Part shown: positions 10,401-18,621 of the stretch, piece by piece
Layout: each line of letters begins with the position of its first letter
Position numbering within the stretch: position 1 is the first letter of the stretch
Virus record (IMG/VR): IMGVR_UViG_3300024325_000007
Coordinates: 1-40,504 of that record
Length of the DNA: 40,504 bases
DNA from: a virus
Taxonomy: Duplodnaviria; Caudoviricetes
Strand: one strand, 5' to 3'
Position numbers and translations under genes: made by a program
Notes under the pieces: generated by a model
Databases searched by the model: none
The model's input: the letters and a program-made list of their open reading frames with translations, nothing else
What the model was told of the DNA's origin: nothing

Positions 10401-11611
10401 CGATGAACCTCGCCAAGTTCGGTGCGCAGCGATTCGACGCGATCAGCGCCGCGCGCTGGTACACGACCAAGATTTTCGGCGGCGACACCTCGGCCTATGC
10501 CGCTTCGCGGATGCGCTTCCTGCGCGACATGGCGTCTGGCGATCCGATGGTGCAGGCCGCAGCGCAGGGCCGGATCATCATGGGCGCGACGTTCGCTACG
10601 GGCATCAGCGCCGCCGCGCTCGCCGGCACGATCACCGGCCACGGGCCTGCCGATCCGACCGAGCGCAAGGCGCTGATCGACGCTGGCTGGCTGCCGTACT
10701 CCATCAAGATCGGCGACACGTACGTCTCCTACGCGCGCATGGACCCGGTGGCGTCGATGATCGGCACGGTCGCGGACATCGTGAACATGACCGCCTACGC
10801 GCCAGAGGACAAGCAGGGCGACATCGAGGAAATCAGCAAGGGCGTCATCGTCGCGATCCAGGGCAACTTCGCCAACAAGACGTACCTGCAAGGCATCGAG
10901 AACTTCGTCGCGCTGCTCAGCGAAGGCTCTAGCGCCGCCAGCCGCACCGTGCGCTCGTTCGTCTCGTCCTTCGTCCCGAACATCGTCAAGGACGCGGCGA
11001 CGACGTACGACGATCTCGCAGGCGGAGACCCTGCGCTGCGCGACGTGCGCTCGGCGATGGACGCGGTTCGCGCGAAGATTCCTGGACTCTCGAACAACCT
11101 GGAGCCGGTGCGCAACGCGCTCGGCGAGAAGGTCACGCGGCAGACTTCGCTCGGATCAAACGCCAGCGCGCTCGCCAACCTGTTCGTGCCGTTCGCGTCG
11201 TCGGAAGCGAAGGGCGGCGTGGACGAGGCGATTGCCGCGAAGGGGCTCGGATTCGCACGCCCGCCGTCCAAGCGCAACGGCTACGACCTCACGGACATCA
11301 TCGGCTCTGACGGACGCACGGCCTATGACCGCTGGCAAGACACTACGAGCAAGGCGCGGATCGGTGGGATGACGCTGCGCCAATCGCTCGACCAGCTCAT
11401 CAAATCGCCGCGCTACCAGCAGCTTTCGCCGTACGACACGTCGGATCAGCCGAGCCCGCGCAAGAACGCGATCCAAACCGTGATCTCGCGTTACCGCCGA
11501 GCCGCGATGGATCAAACCATGCGCGAGATGCCCGCCCTCTCCGCCGCCGAACGCAACTTCCTCCTCACGCGCCGCTCGCTGCGCGCCGGATCTGACCCGA
11601 GGCAATTCTGA
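7397..11611 (+). CDS. Large internal virion protein (T7 gp16-like), C-terminal LPD38-like region
   Basis: 1404 aa. PFVNTPMN, GWLPYSIKIGDTYVSYARMDP, NKTYLQGI and RNALGE motifs are typical of large podovirus ejection proteins. ATGA overlap with the upstream gene. Confidence 0.75.
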   Translation: MSEYDDLLKGVYSGEFDTPDEQAQKPKPAKGNALTPPDEGVTFGMAARDTALFIPRGIEGAVRSTYGLLDTLTLDALPDYKENFLGRSETIVGGLAEGIVQFGAGFAALGGALGAVAKGVKGAEFLLGAEGGLSAAGNIVAGAATQFTVFDGQSGRLADLVARIPGLEEPMNRYLSFTLTKEEDGELLGRMKNALEGAGVGAAFDGIFKGVRWLKKVKEAEAAGKTVPEAVEHANRSVGSLESVQNDLAQLDDLRDSPNPFTQEKVNEALSQSRTVGRAFFNSDATPDPAQGARFVPLAEAAEGQAPTAFLSKYRTLLDNPQSTVEFNADGTVRVGVTLNAEQAAMPEIAERLNALRESETPGGLGRKASAVLSEPMPGVVKNLPKEEAAPNLGLFTQIGFSEAHAASTLKNLGIEFAKREGADAGWNIKINAPVEGVSDVPLLFPVKAGENPRAMSALERTERAIDLKDVNLDTTVGLGVEKVLRVAETMTKAAFLHDFPEAGGQKITEFLKATDAQRARLNGSAETLPELSMMAQQGGKAHAQNIMQAAFAERAYMITASALAEQNKARALQLFAELEKGPAAKISNIERAIYVEHLGSIGDLVIASRAIRNAWGKAGRFMQETISDLPKTPKRATAMEMRADPDVVNKIIRDAGGVEAIDAMVRNMARLGTDRSIESISAMLKVAETAKATRIFAATLEGWFGALLSSFRTLDMNAAGNLFGALYQPLERAISAKVAQQFASTPAQAQELQRAFQVSVGTYADMWASMSEALHIGKQSFKLNRRITDPMSGPLEGTQRRAFSAESIGADPGKGVFGKLGAVDPNSAVGQTINATGYMLNLPLRVLRGTDDGVKQLVARGYARSYIRQQLIAEGKTAPNMLQKAVEAKLDKVIVDGQILSVRAARTRFEQQALTEGYDGFHALQRSENLLAEYLQSPEWQEFSPIANQARTLSREATYTTEQRAYDASTGKAIPSVTADFADLIGRHPGMKFVSPFVNTPMNLAKFGAQRFDAISAARWYTTKIFGGDTSAYAASRMRFLRDMASGDPMVQAAAQGRIIMGATFATGISAAALAGTITGHGPADPTERKALIDAGWLPYSIKIGDTYVSYARMDPVASMIGTVADIVNMTAYAPEDKQGDIEEISKGVIVAIQGNFANKTYLQGIENFVALLSEGSSAASRTVRSFVSSFVPNIVKDAATTYDDLAGGDPALRDVRSAMDAVRAKIPGLSNNLEPVRNALGEKVTRQTSLGSNASALANLFVPFASSEAKGGVDEAIAAKGLGFARPPSKRNGYDLTDIIGSDGRTAYDRWQDTTSKARIGGMTLRQSLDQLIKSPRYQQLSPYDTSDQPSPRKNAIQTVISRYRRAAMDQTMREMPALSAAERNFLLTRRSLRAGSDPRQF

Positions 11612-12282
11612 TGGCTGATCTCCGACAGCGCGTAATCAACATGTTCACCCGTGGAGCGACGGGTTTGGCGGCGTACGTCCGCAACGAAACCAACGGCGCG
11701 CTGTCTCCGGTCGCGATCCGCGACGGCGACGGCACTCGGCGCGGCGGTCGAATCCTGTGCTGCGACTCAAGCTCGGGTAGCGACTGGCTGATGACGGACA
11801 CGACACCGCTGGTGGCGACGACGTTGCCCCAGGCGCGGTTCACTCTTCCGATGCTGCGCCGTGCCGGGCTCTACCGCTGGGTCATCGTCGGCGACTACGA
11901 GAACACCGTCCCGAACAACACAACGTTCTCGGCGACGCTGCTCGTGGACAACGGCGCGGTCGGATCGGCATTCACTTGGGCGCAGAACGGCGCGGTGACG
12001 ACGCCCGGCATCGCGATCCTCACGCTCGATCTGTACGTCATCGGCAACCTCACGTCGCCGCGCCACGTCATCAACGCGGAGATGCTCGTGCTCAACTCGT
12101 CTGGCGTGGCCGTGATCGGCGGGGCGACGAGCAACACGAAGCTCTCGCAGATTTACTCGCTCAACTCGCTCGCCGAGCAGAACCACACCATTCAGCTCGC
12201 CAAGTCGGTGAGCGCGGGCGTCAACCCGTGGAATCCGCAAACCATCGCCTGCTACGAAGTGTTCAGCACTTCGGGGGTCTGA
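11611..12282 (+). CDS. Hypothetical beta-rich virion-associated protein
   Basis: TGATG coupling to the gp16-like gene; Thr/Val/Gly-rich beta-strand pattern; late-gene position. Confidence 0.55.
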   Translation: MADLRQRVINMFTRGATGLAAYVRNETNGALSPVAIRDGDGTRRGGRILCCDSSSGSDWLMTDTTPLVATTLPQARFTLPMLRRAGLYRWVIVGDYENTVPNNTTFSATLLVDNGAVGSAFTWAQNGAVTTPGIAILTLDLYVIGNLTSPRHVINAEMLVLNSSGVAVIGGATSNTKLSQIYSLNSLAEQNHTIQLAKSVSAGVNPWNPQTIACYEVFSTSGV

Positions 12283-12285
12283 TCC

Positions 12286-13314
12286 ATGACGACAGTTACC
12301 CCGACGTACAGCGCAGTCCAGTGGGGGCCGCTGCCTCACCAACTTTTCGATTACTACGCCAACCCCACGAGGATCACTGGCGGCAACCCGCTCTTGATCC
12401 TGCGCCACTCGTCCTGGAGTTCAAACAACTACCAGGCATACCGCGATAGCTCGAACACCAACCTCTTCTACTTCTACCGCTGGCTGCTCGCCAATCAGGG
12501 CTCTCAAGAGTCCGCTGCGCACGCCGCCTCGTCTCCCGCTGAATGCTGGGACGTGTGCTGCGTCGAGACGGGCCAGCAGAAGCACGGTAACACCGTGACG
12601 CCGCGCTCGATTGCGATGTACGCGATGGACGCGGTTCGCGACTACCAGGCCGCGATCTGCGCGATTCGTGGGGCGTACCGGACCTACTCGTTCAACCCTG
12701 ACCGCGTGGTGGTCGGCGGCGAGTCTGCCGGTGCGGCGATGGGCGCGATCTCGCAGCTCGCACCGCCGCGTCTTGGTGGCGGAGGCGGCGGCACGTACAT
12801 CGACTCGATCTACAGCGCCAACTCGTTCTCGTCGGTGTGTCGAGGGATCTTCAACTGCGAAGGGCCGGTTGACATTCGCAACTCGAACAACGACAACCCG
12901 CCGACCGGCACGGATTACTTCCACTACTCGCGCATCGGCCCGTGGACCGGGACCAGCATCGTCTCGGCTACGGAGTGGAACGCCATCCCCGCTCGCGTGA
13001 AGGACGCGCTGAGTATGCTCGCGTACTTCGAGCGCGGCGATCTCGCAAACTACTCGAACATGCTGGCGATCTATGCGCGTCGCGGGAATGGCGTCAAGCC
13101 GCTCGGAAACGCAGGCGTGTCGGGATCAGACCCGCACGACAGCATTCAGCTTACGGACCTTGCGCGAGCCGCCGTGACCGCGAGTATGCCGCTGACGGCG
13201 CGGCTGATCGACGCATCCGACTACACGAATGACCTCTATCCCAGCGCGCCGAGCACGGCTTGGCTCAAAACCTGGCGTCCGGCTGCCGACGCGCTGGCGG
13301 GGATGGTCAATTGA
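12286..13314 (+). CDS. Alpha/beta-hydrolase (carboxylesterase-like)
   Basis: FNPDRVVVGGESAGA nucleophile elbow (G-x-S-x-G), preceded by VRDYQAAI; candidate catalytic His in DPHDS. Confidence 0.75.
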   Translation: MTTVTPTYSAVQWGPLPHQLFDYYANPTRITGGNPLLILRHSSWSSNNYQAYRDSSNTNLFYFYRWLLANQGSQESAAHAASSPAECWDVCCVETGQQKHGNTVTPRSIAMYAMDAVRDYQAAICAIRGAYRTYSFNPDRVVVGGESAGAAMGAISQLAPPRLGGGGGGTYIDSIYSANSFSSVCRGIFNCEGPVDIRNSNNDNPPTGTDYFHYSRIGPWTGTSIVSATEWNAIPARVKDALSMLAYFERGDLANYSNMLAIYARRGNGVKPLGNAGVSGSDPHDSIQLTDLARAAVTASMPLTARLIDASDYTNDLYPSAPSTAWLKTWRPAADALAGMVN

Positions 13315-13390
13315 GAACGCCGCGTCACTTTCGGCGCGGCCTGACAATGCCCTGTAACTCGAAGCGGTTTGGAATCCGCAAGCTACTCAC

Positions 13391-14170
13391 ATGACACGCG
13401 ACAACTACAACATCGACCGCAGCACCAAGTTCGCCAAATCGGTGGAGTTCACCCTCGCCAAGAAGCGCGTTGGGCGCGCTTCCGCCGTCCCTGCGGGCAC
13501 GACGTTCATCGTCTCCAACTTCCCGGCCTTCGCTGGCGCGCTCGTCGTCAACGTCGGCGCGAACGGAACGGCGGCGACGAACAGCGACTCGATCTCGGGT
13601 GCGTTCGTGTTTGCCAACACTGGCACCACGGCTGCCGACTCGGTGAAGGTCGTCACGGCGACCGCTGCGACGCGCCGCCAGTGGAATCCTCGCACGCGGT
13701 TCAAGTTCGTCGCCCCGCAAGCGATCACGAACGTCCGTACGCACTTCGGCCTGTTCAGCGCAGACCCGAGCGCGGTTGCCGGAGCTGGGCTTGGCGCGGG
13801 CGGATTGAGTGCCGCCGTGTTCAACTACGACACCGCCGTTGACACTGGCGCGGCTGTCGGATTCTGGCAAGTCGAGTGTGGAAACGCGGTCGGCTCCACG
13901 CGCCTCCAGCTCCCGAACGCGATCACGGCTGGCAATCTCTACACCGCTGAAATCGTGATCGACGATGCTGGCGGAGAGGTCGATTTCTGGTTTGCCGATC
14001 ACGGCGCGGCGACTGCTCCGGTGAAGGACACGCCGCTCAAGCTCGTGGCGACGCTCCAGGCGACCCTTCCGGTGGCGGCGACTCCGCTGCTCATCGGCGG
14101 AACCGCGACGAACCTGGGCACCGCCACGCGCCGCTGCACCATCGGCGAGGTGACCCTGATCCAAGACTGA
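13391..14170 (+). CDS. Hypothetical beta-sandwich (lectin/ConA-like?) structural protein
   Basis: Ala/Thr/Val-rich, beta-strand pattern such as YTAEIVIDDAGGEVDFW. Fold is an inference. Confidence 0.5.
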   Translation: MTRDNYNIDRSTKFAKSVEFTLAKKRVGRASAVPAGTTFIVSNFPAFAGALVVNVGANGTAATNSDSISGAFVFANTGTTAADSVKVVTATAATRRQWNPRTRFKFVAPQAITNVRTHFGLFSADPSAVAGAGLGAGGLSAAVFNYDTAVDTGAAVGFWQVECGNAVGSTRLQLPNAITAGNLYTAEIVIDDAGGEVDFWFADHGAATAPVKDTPLKLVATLQATLPVAATPLLIGGTATNLGTATRRCTIGEVTLIQD

Positions 14171-14217
14171 CAGCAACAACGATCCGGGGTTGCGAGCCCC
14201 GGCTCACCCACACTCAC

Positions 14218-14466
14218 ATGACGATCAAACACACACGCGGGCAGTTCATCAGCGACGCCATGATCGAGCACCTCTACGCGAGGCTCACCGAGGGCGCGTG
14301 CGAGCACTGTGGGCAGACGAACATCACGGCCGGAGAACTTGGCATCCTGCGTGACGTGCTCAAGATCAACGGCGTCGAGGGCATCGCGCCGCCGGAAGCG
14401 GCTACGTCGATCAAGTCCACGAAGAAGTACGACTACTCGCAGGACGCTGAGAAGAAGCAAGCCTGA
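14218..14466 (+). CDS. terS: Terminase small subunit (T7 gp18-like)
   Basis: 82 aa directly upstream of and coupled (TGATG) to TerL. ITAGELGILRDVLKINGV resembles the gp18-family 'A.DL..A..FLKDNGI' motif. Confidence 0.7.
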   Translation: MTIKHTRGQFISDAMIEHLYARLTEGACEHCGQTNITAGELGILRDVLKINGVEGIAPPEAATSIKSTKKYDYSQDAEKKQA

Positions 14467-16340
14467 TGCCTCTCCAGAAACAGCGGAAACGGGTTGCGAT
14501 ACCTGCGCGGAATGACGAGTTCCGAGACTTCCGCTGCTTCCTTCAATACGGCTTCGAGGAAACCCTTGACGGCGCAAAGCCGACGCCGTTGCAGTACGAC
14601 ATCGCCGATGCGATGCAGACTGCGGCGTGGAAAGTGGTCTTCGGTGTCCCCCGCCCTGGGTACGGCAAGGCAGCGGAGGAGAACCACATCATCATCGAGG
14701 CTTTGCGCGGCGAGGGCAAATCAGTCATCGCGATCTGGCTCGGGATCTGGTGCCTGTACTGGAAGCCGAAAGAGAACGTTCTCACGCTCTCGGCGTCCGA
14801 GGGCTTTGCTGGTCAGTTTTCGACAGCGATGCTGAGCAACATCTCGAACCTGCCAGAACTCCAATGGATGATGCCCGCCGAAGGCAACCGCGAGTCGGTC
14901 CTCAAGTTCGACGTGGCCGGGATCATTACTCAGCAGCACCCGTCCATGAAGGCGCTTGGGATCGCAGGGCAGCTTGCCGGTTGCCGTGGCGGACTCATCA
15001 TCGTCGATGACGTTGAGACAGATGAGAACTCGCGTACGGATACAGAGCGCGCGAAGAATCTGTCGCGCATGAAGGAGCTTGCGTGGATTCGCAAGAAACC
15101 GCTCTCCGCGACAATCATCCTCGGGACTCCGCACACCGAGGAGTCCATGTACAACATTCTGGCCAAAGACTACGGCTACAAGCGGCTTATCTGGCCTGCA
15201 CGATACCCAGACCACGAATGGATCGAGGCCGTCGCAACGGCCGACAAGAACTCGCAACTTGGCCCGCTCATCGCGAAGCACATCAAGGACGATCCAACGC
15301 TCGTCGGTCCTGTGATGCGCGAGAATCCGCCGACCGAGCCAACGCGATTCAGCCACATCGACTTGCTTGCGGAAGAAGAGCGCGGAGGCCGCTCTGCCTT
15401 CGCGATGCAGATGCTTCTCAGCACCGCGCTCACTGACGAGACGCGCCACCCTCTCAAACTGCGCGACTTGATCGTGACGGACTTTGGATCGGAAGGCGCT
15501 CCGCTCGGACTCCAATGGTCGAACGCGAACGAGCATCAGTTCTCAGAGGTGCCGTGGCTCGGGCTTCCTGGAGACAGGCTCTACCGCCCGTCTATCGTTG
15601 GCGGCGAAATCGGCAAGTTCGAGAATGGGATCATGGCGATTGACCCTGCTGGAATGGGTAAGGATGCGATGGGGCTGTGCATCACGCGCCTCATGGGAGG
15701 ATTCATTTTCGTCTCATACATCGGCGGGCTTTTCGGAGGCTATGGCGAGCACAATCTCAGAAAGGTGTGCATGCTGGCGCAGAAGCACGGCGTCCGCACG
15801 CTGGTCCCCGAGCCGAATCTAGGAGATGGGATGTACACGTCTCTCCTGATCTCAGCCGTGAAGAAGTATTACCCGGATTGTTCCGTCAAAGAACCGCCGC
15901 GCTCGTCTGGCCAGAAGGAATGTCGGATCATCGACACCCTCGAACCGCTGATGAACCAGCATCGCGTGGTTTTTTCCGCACAGGCATTGATCGACGAGAT
16001 GAAGCCGATTGCTGGCGTTCCGGCCGCTTTGGAACTGCCATATCGGTTTCAGCACCAGCTCACGAGAATCACCCGCGAGCGCAACGCGCTCGGGCACGAT
16101 GACCTCGTGGAAGCCTTTTCGATGGGGGTCGAATACTGGATTCCCCACATGGCCGTTACCACCGAGCAGGCTCAGGCCAATGAGCACGCCAAAAGCTTCG
16201 AGGAGCGCGTGCAGGAATGGTATAAGCACGCGGGGCGCTCTTCGTGGGTGGACCCACACAAGCAAAAAATTCGTGTCGGGCACTCGCCTACAACAGCCAA
16301 CTGGATCCAGAGGCAACGCGCACGCGCTGTAAACAGATGA
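14466..16340 (+). CDS. terL: Terminase large subunit (T7 gp19-like)
   Basis: Walker A IIEALRGEGKS, Walker B IIVDDVE, LGTPHTEES, WPARYP; nuclease motifs IDPAGMGKD, QKECRIIDTLEP and HDDLVEA. Confidence 0.95.
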   Translation: MPLQKQRKRVAIPARNDEFRDFRCFLQYGFEETLDGAKPTPLQYDIADAMQTAAWKVVFGVPRPGYGKAAEENHIIIEALRGEGKSVIAIWLGIWCLYWKPKENVLTLSASEGFAGQFSTAMLSNISNLPELQWMMPAEGNRESVLKFDVAGIITQQHPSMKALGIAGQLAGCRGGLIIVDDVETDENSRTDTERAKNLSRMKELAWIRKKPLSATIILGTPHTEESMYNILAKDYGYKRLIWPARYPDHEWIEAVATADKNSQLGPLIAKHIKDDPTLVGPVMRENPPTEPTRFSHIDLLAEEERGGRSAFAMQMLLSTALTDETRHPLKLRDLIVTDFGSEGAPLGLQWSNANEHQFSEVPWLGLPGDRLYRPSIVGGEIGKFENGIMAIDPAGMGKDAMGLCITRLMGGFIFVSYIGGLFGGYGEHNLRKVCMLAQKHGVRTLVPEPNLGDGMYTSLLISAVKKYYPDCSVKEPPRSSGQKECRIIDTLEPLMNQHRVVFSAQALIDEMKPIAGVPAALELPYRFQHQLTRITRERNALGHDDLVEAFSMGVEYWIPHMAVTTEQAQANEHAKSFEERVQEWYKHAGRSSWVDPHKQKIRVGHSPTTANWIQRQRARAVNR

Positions 16341-16831
16341 ACTACGTCGAACTTCTTGAGAGTGTAGGCCCGGCGGATCCGATCACCGGATGCAGAGAGT
16401 GGCTTCGCGGCAAGCAGGGTCGCGGCTACGGGATGGCTACATGGGAGGGACGGCGCGTTCTCGCGCATCGCCTTGCGTACGAACTGGCTCGCGGCCCCAT
16501 TCCTGACGGGCACTATGTCTGCCACAAGTGCGACAACCCAGGATGCGTTGAGCACACGCACCTTTTCACTGGGACGCAGCGCGAGAACATCCACGACTGC
16601 ATCGCCAAGGGGCGCAAGCGCGTAGCTGTCGGAACGGCGTGCGGCAGCGCGAAGCTAACTGACGAGGCGGTTGCATCAATCCTGGCGCGCTACCGTCCCT
16701 GGGACCGCAAGAACTCGCTCCACGTCTTAGGCCGCGAATACGGGGTAGACCACAAGACGGTCTCGCGCATCGTTCGTGGCGAGGGTTGGAAACACATCCA
16801 GCGCGGCAGGGCGCTGCTCAACAGGAGATAG
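16337..16831 (+). CDS. HNH homing endonuclease with C-terminal HTH
   Basis: From ATG 16337: GCREW..GYG..AHRLAYELARGPIP..VCHKCDNPGCV..HLFTGTQRENIHD, then AKLT..REYGVDHKTVSRIVRG. Confidence 0.9.
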   Translation: MNYVELLESVGPADPITGCREWLRGKQGRGYGMATWEGRRVLAHRLAYELARGPIPDGHYVCHKCDNPGCVEHTHLFTGTQRENIHDCIAKGRKRVAVGTACGSAKLTDEAVASILARYRPWDRKNSLHVLGREYGVDHKTVSRIVRGEGWKHIQRGRALLNRR

Positions 16832-16833
16832 GC

Positions 16834-17697
16834 ATGTCATACCGACTCCACGCTTACAACTCGAACAGCGTCATCAAGAACCTCGTTCTCGAAGGTACGA
16901 GCTACACCGGGGCCATCGTGACCTCGGCGGCGACGGAGACGCTCTCCAACATCCTCTTCACGCGCTTCAAGATCCGTGACGACATCGCTGCCGGGGATCG
17001 CTCGCGCTGGGCGTTCAACGTCTCGAACCTCGTGGAGTGCGTGTTTGAGAACGGAGTCGTCGAGGACATCTATTGGGAGCACAACCACTACCCGCACTCG
17101 CCGCGCGGGAACCTCACGTACCGCAACTGCATCGGGCGTCGCGCTGGCGCGCAGGACATCCAGATCGTCTACCGCGACATCGAGAGCGACACGCCGTTCG
17201 GTTGGCAGCAGACGGGCCTGCACCTCATCGAAGGCGGGATGACGGATCACTGTGGCCTGCCTCGCGGCTCGGGGCGCGCAAGCTACGCGATCAGCGCGTT
17301 CGGGCGGCAGGAAGGCGACGGCTCGACTCCGCGCAAGGCTTGGGACTGCCCGCTGCGGATCAAGGATCGCAACATCGTCCACGACCAGATCGGGCAGCCT
17401 GCGGGCTGGCTCTTGAACGGTGCGATCCTGTGCGAGTGGCGACCGCGCTTCGAGCTGCTTGGCGGCGAGGTCAACTACGATGGCACGGCGGACCAGAACC
17501 TCGTTCACTCCTACATGAACGAAGAGGTGATCGTCGATGGGACGAAGCTCCACGGGCAGCGGTACTTCAACATCGACGGCGTGAAGGCTGGGCGCACGAA
17601 ACTGATCGACATTCAGGGCGTGACCGGCGACGTGCTCTTGCGCATCGACGGGGCGAAGATCGGGCCGATGAGCCAAGGATACAGGTGGAGCGCCTGA
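16834..17697 (+). CDS. Putative right-handed beta-helix (pectin lyase-like) protein
   Basis: ATG 16834 after SD AGGAG. Repeated short beta/Asn patterns (NILFTRFKI, CVFENGVVED, NLTYRNC, EVIVDGTKL). Fold is inferred. Confidence 0.5.
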   Translation: MSYRLHAYNSNSVIKNLVLEGTSYTGAIVTSAATETLSNILFTRFKIRDDIAAGDRSRWAFNVSNLVECVFENGVVEDIYWEHNHYPHSPRGNLTYRNCIGRRAGAQDIQIVYRDIESDTPFGWQQTGLHLIEGGMTDHCGLPRGSGRASYAISAFGRQEGDGSTPRKAWDCPLRIKDRNIVHDQIGQPAGWLLNGAILCEWRPRFELLGGEVNYDGTADQNLVHSYMNEEVIVDGTKLHGQRYFNIDGVKAGRTKLIDIQGVTGDVLLRIDGAKIGPMSQGYRWSA

Positions 17698-18065
17698 TGC
17701 AGATTTTAGGCACCGATGGATTCATGCCGCGAACATCGTGCGGGCCGTCGTGGTCATCGACGCTCATCCTCGTTCACGAGCTTTCCAACCTCGCCATCTT
17801 TCTGTGCTACATGCTGATCCCGTTCGGCTGCGTCGGGCTGTACCGGCGTATTTCGACGGGAGGGAGCGTGCGCAATCCGAAGCTCGGTGTCGTGCTTTCG
17901 TTCGGGTTCATCCTGACGTGCGGGCTGACGCATCTGATGGACCGACTCATGTTCCAGTGGCCTGCATACCGCCTCGGCGGGCTCGTGCTGGCTGTCTGCG
18001 CAGCGTTCTCAATCGCCACGGTGGCGTGGATGACCCAGGCTCTTGGAGATCAGCATGGCCGATGA
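17697..18065 (+). CDS. Stand-alone ethylene-receptor (ETR1-type) ethylene/Cu-binding transmembrane domain
   Basis: 122 aa from ATG 17697 (TGATG coupling). FMP..C...W, SNLAIFLCYMLIP, FILTCGLTHL and WPAYRL..AAFSIAT align without gaps to ETR1 TM1 (SDFFIAIAYFSIP), TM2 (FIVLCGATHL) and TM3 (TAVVSCATA). Three TM segments, no output domain. Confidence 0.85.
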   Translation: MQILGTDGFMPRTSCGPSWSSTLILVHELSNLAIFLCYMLIPFGCVGLYRRISTGGSVRNPKLGVVLSFGFILTCGLTHLMDRLMFQWPAYRLGGLVLAVCAAFSIATVAWMTQALGDQHGR

Positions 18066-18306
18066 GAAAAAGCGGATTTTCGACTCCACCACGCTCGTCC
18101 CAATCGGAGTCCTCGTTACGGTTGCGGGGGGCTTGCTGGGCGGGGCCGTGTGGCTCAACACCAAATTCCTCGAACTGGATTTCAGGCTCCAGAGCATCGA
18201 GAGAAAGGTAGCTGACCCGTGGAACATCGACAGAATGAGAGCGTGGCGGGATCTCCTGGAGGTGTCGAACCCGAGCGTCAAGGTGCCGCCAGTCGCACGC
18301 GACTGA
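18055..18306 (+). CDS. Single-TM plus coiled-coil membrane protein (holin/lysis-accessory candidate)
   Basis: ATG 18055 after GGAG. TM segment LVPIGVLVTVAGGLLGGAVWL followed by a heptad segment. Confidence 0.55.
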   Translation: MADEKKRIFDSTTLVPIGVLVTVAGGLLGGAVWLNTKFLELDFRLQSIERKVADPWNIDRMRAWRDLLEVSNPSVKVPPVARD

Positions 18307-18620
18307 ATGGTTCGCAGCGGTTCACTCTCTGGACGACGGGTGCGGCACTCAGCCTCGTCATCGTCCTATTCATCGTGCTCGACGCACGGATCTTGTCTTT
18401 GGCGCGGTCGGTCGAGCGGCTGGCGCAGCACATCGAGTCGATGGAGCAAGTTGAGATCGAAGAAATGAGCACCACCTACATTGCACTCGTGAACGGCACC
18501 GCGACCCCGCATACCGTCACCGACACCCAGAACGCGGGCGAGTCGGACGACGACTTCCAGGATCGCCACAACAAGCACATCGCGTACGACCGTGCGAACG
18601 GCTACCCCATCTACCACTGA
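18219..18620 (+). CDS. Single-TM membrane protein (start uncertain, possibly near 18303)
   Basis: TM segment LWTTGAALSLVIVLFIVL plus coiled coil; fills the gap between its neighbours. Confidence 0.5.
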   Translation: MEHRQNESVAGSPGGVEPERQGAASRTRLNGSQRFTLWTTGAALSLVIVLFIVLDARILSLARSVERLAQHIESMEQVEIEEMSTTYIALVNGTATPHTVTDTQNAGESDDDFQDRHNKHIAYDRANGYPIYH

Positions 18621-18621
18621 C

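Noticed and set aside
1198-10891. Long antisense ORFs (e.g. 1198..3045, 4587..6062, 7793..9643, 9653..10891)
   Set aside because: Typical stop-poor reverse frames of GC-rich genes, with no motifs.
17073-17696. N-terminal 208 aa of the 330-aa ORF as an extension of the ETR1-like protein
   Set aside because: Shadow frame over the 16834..17697 gene; the TGATG junction supports a start at 17697.
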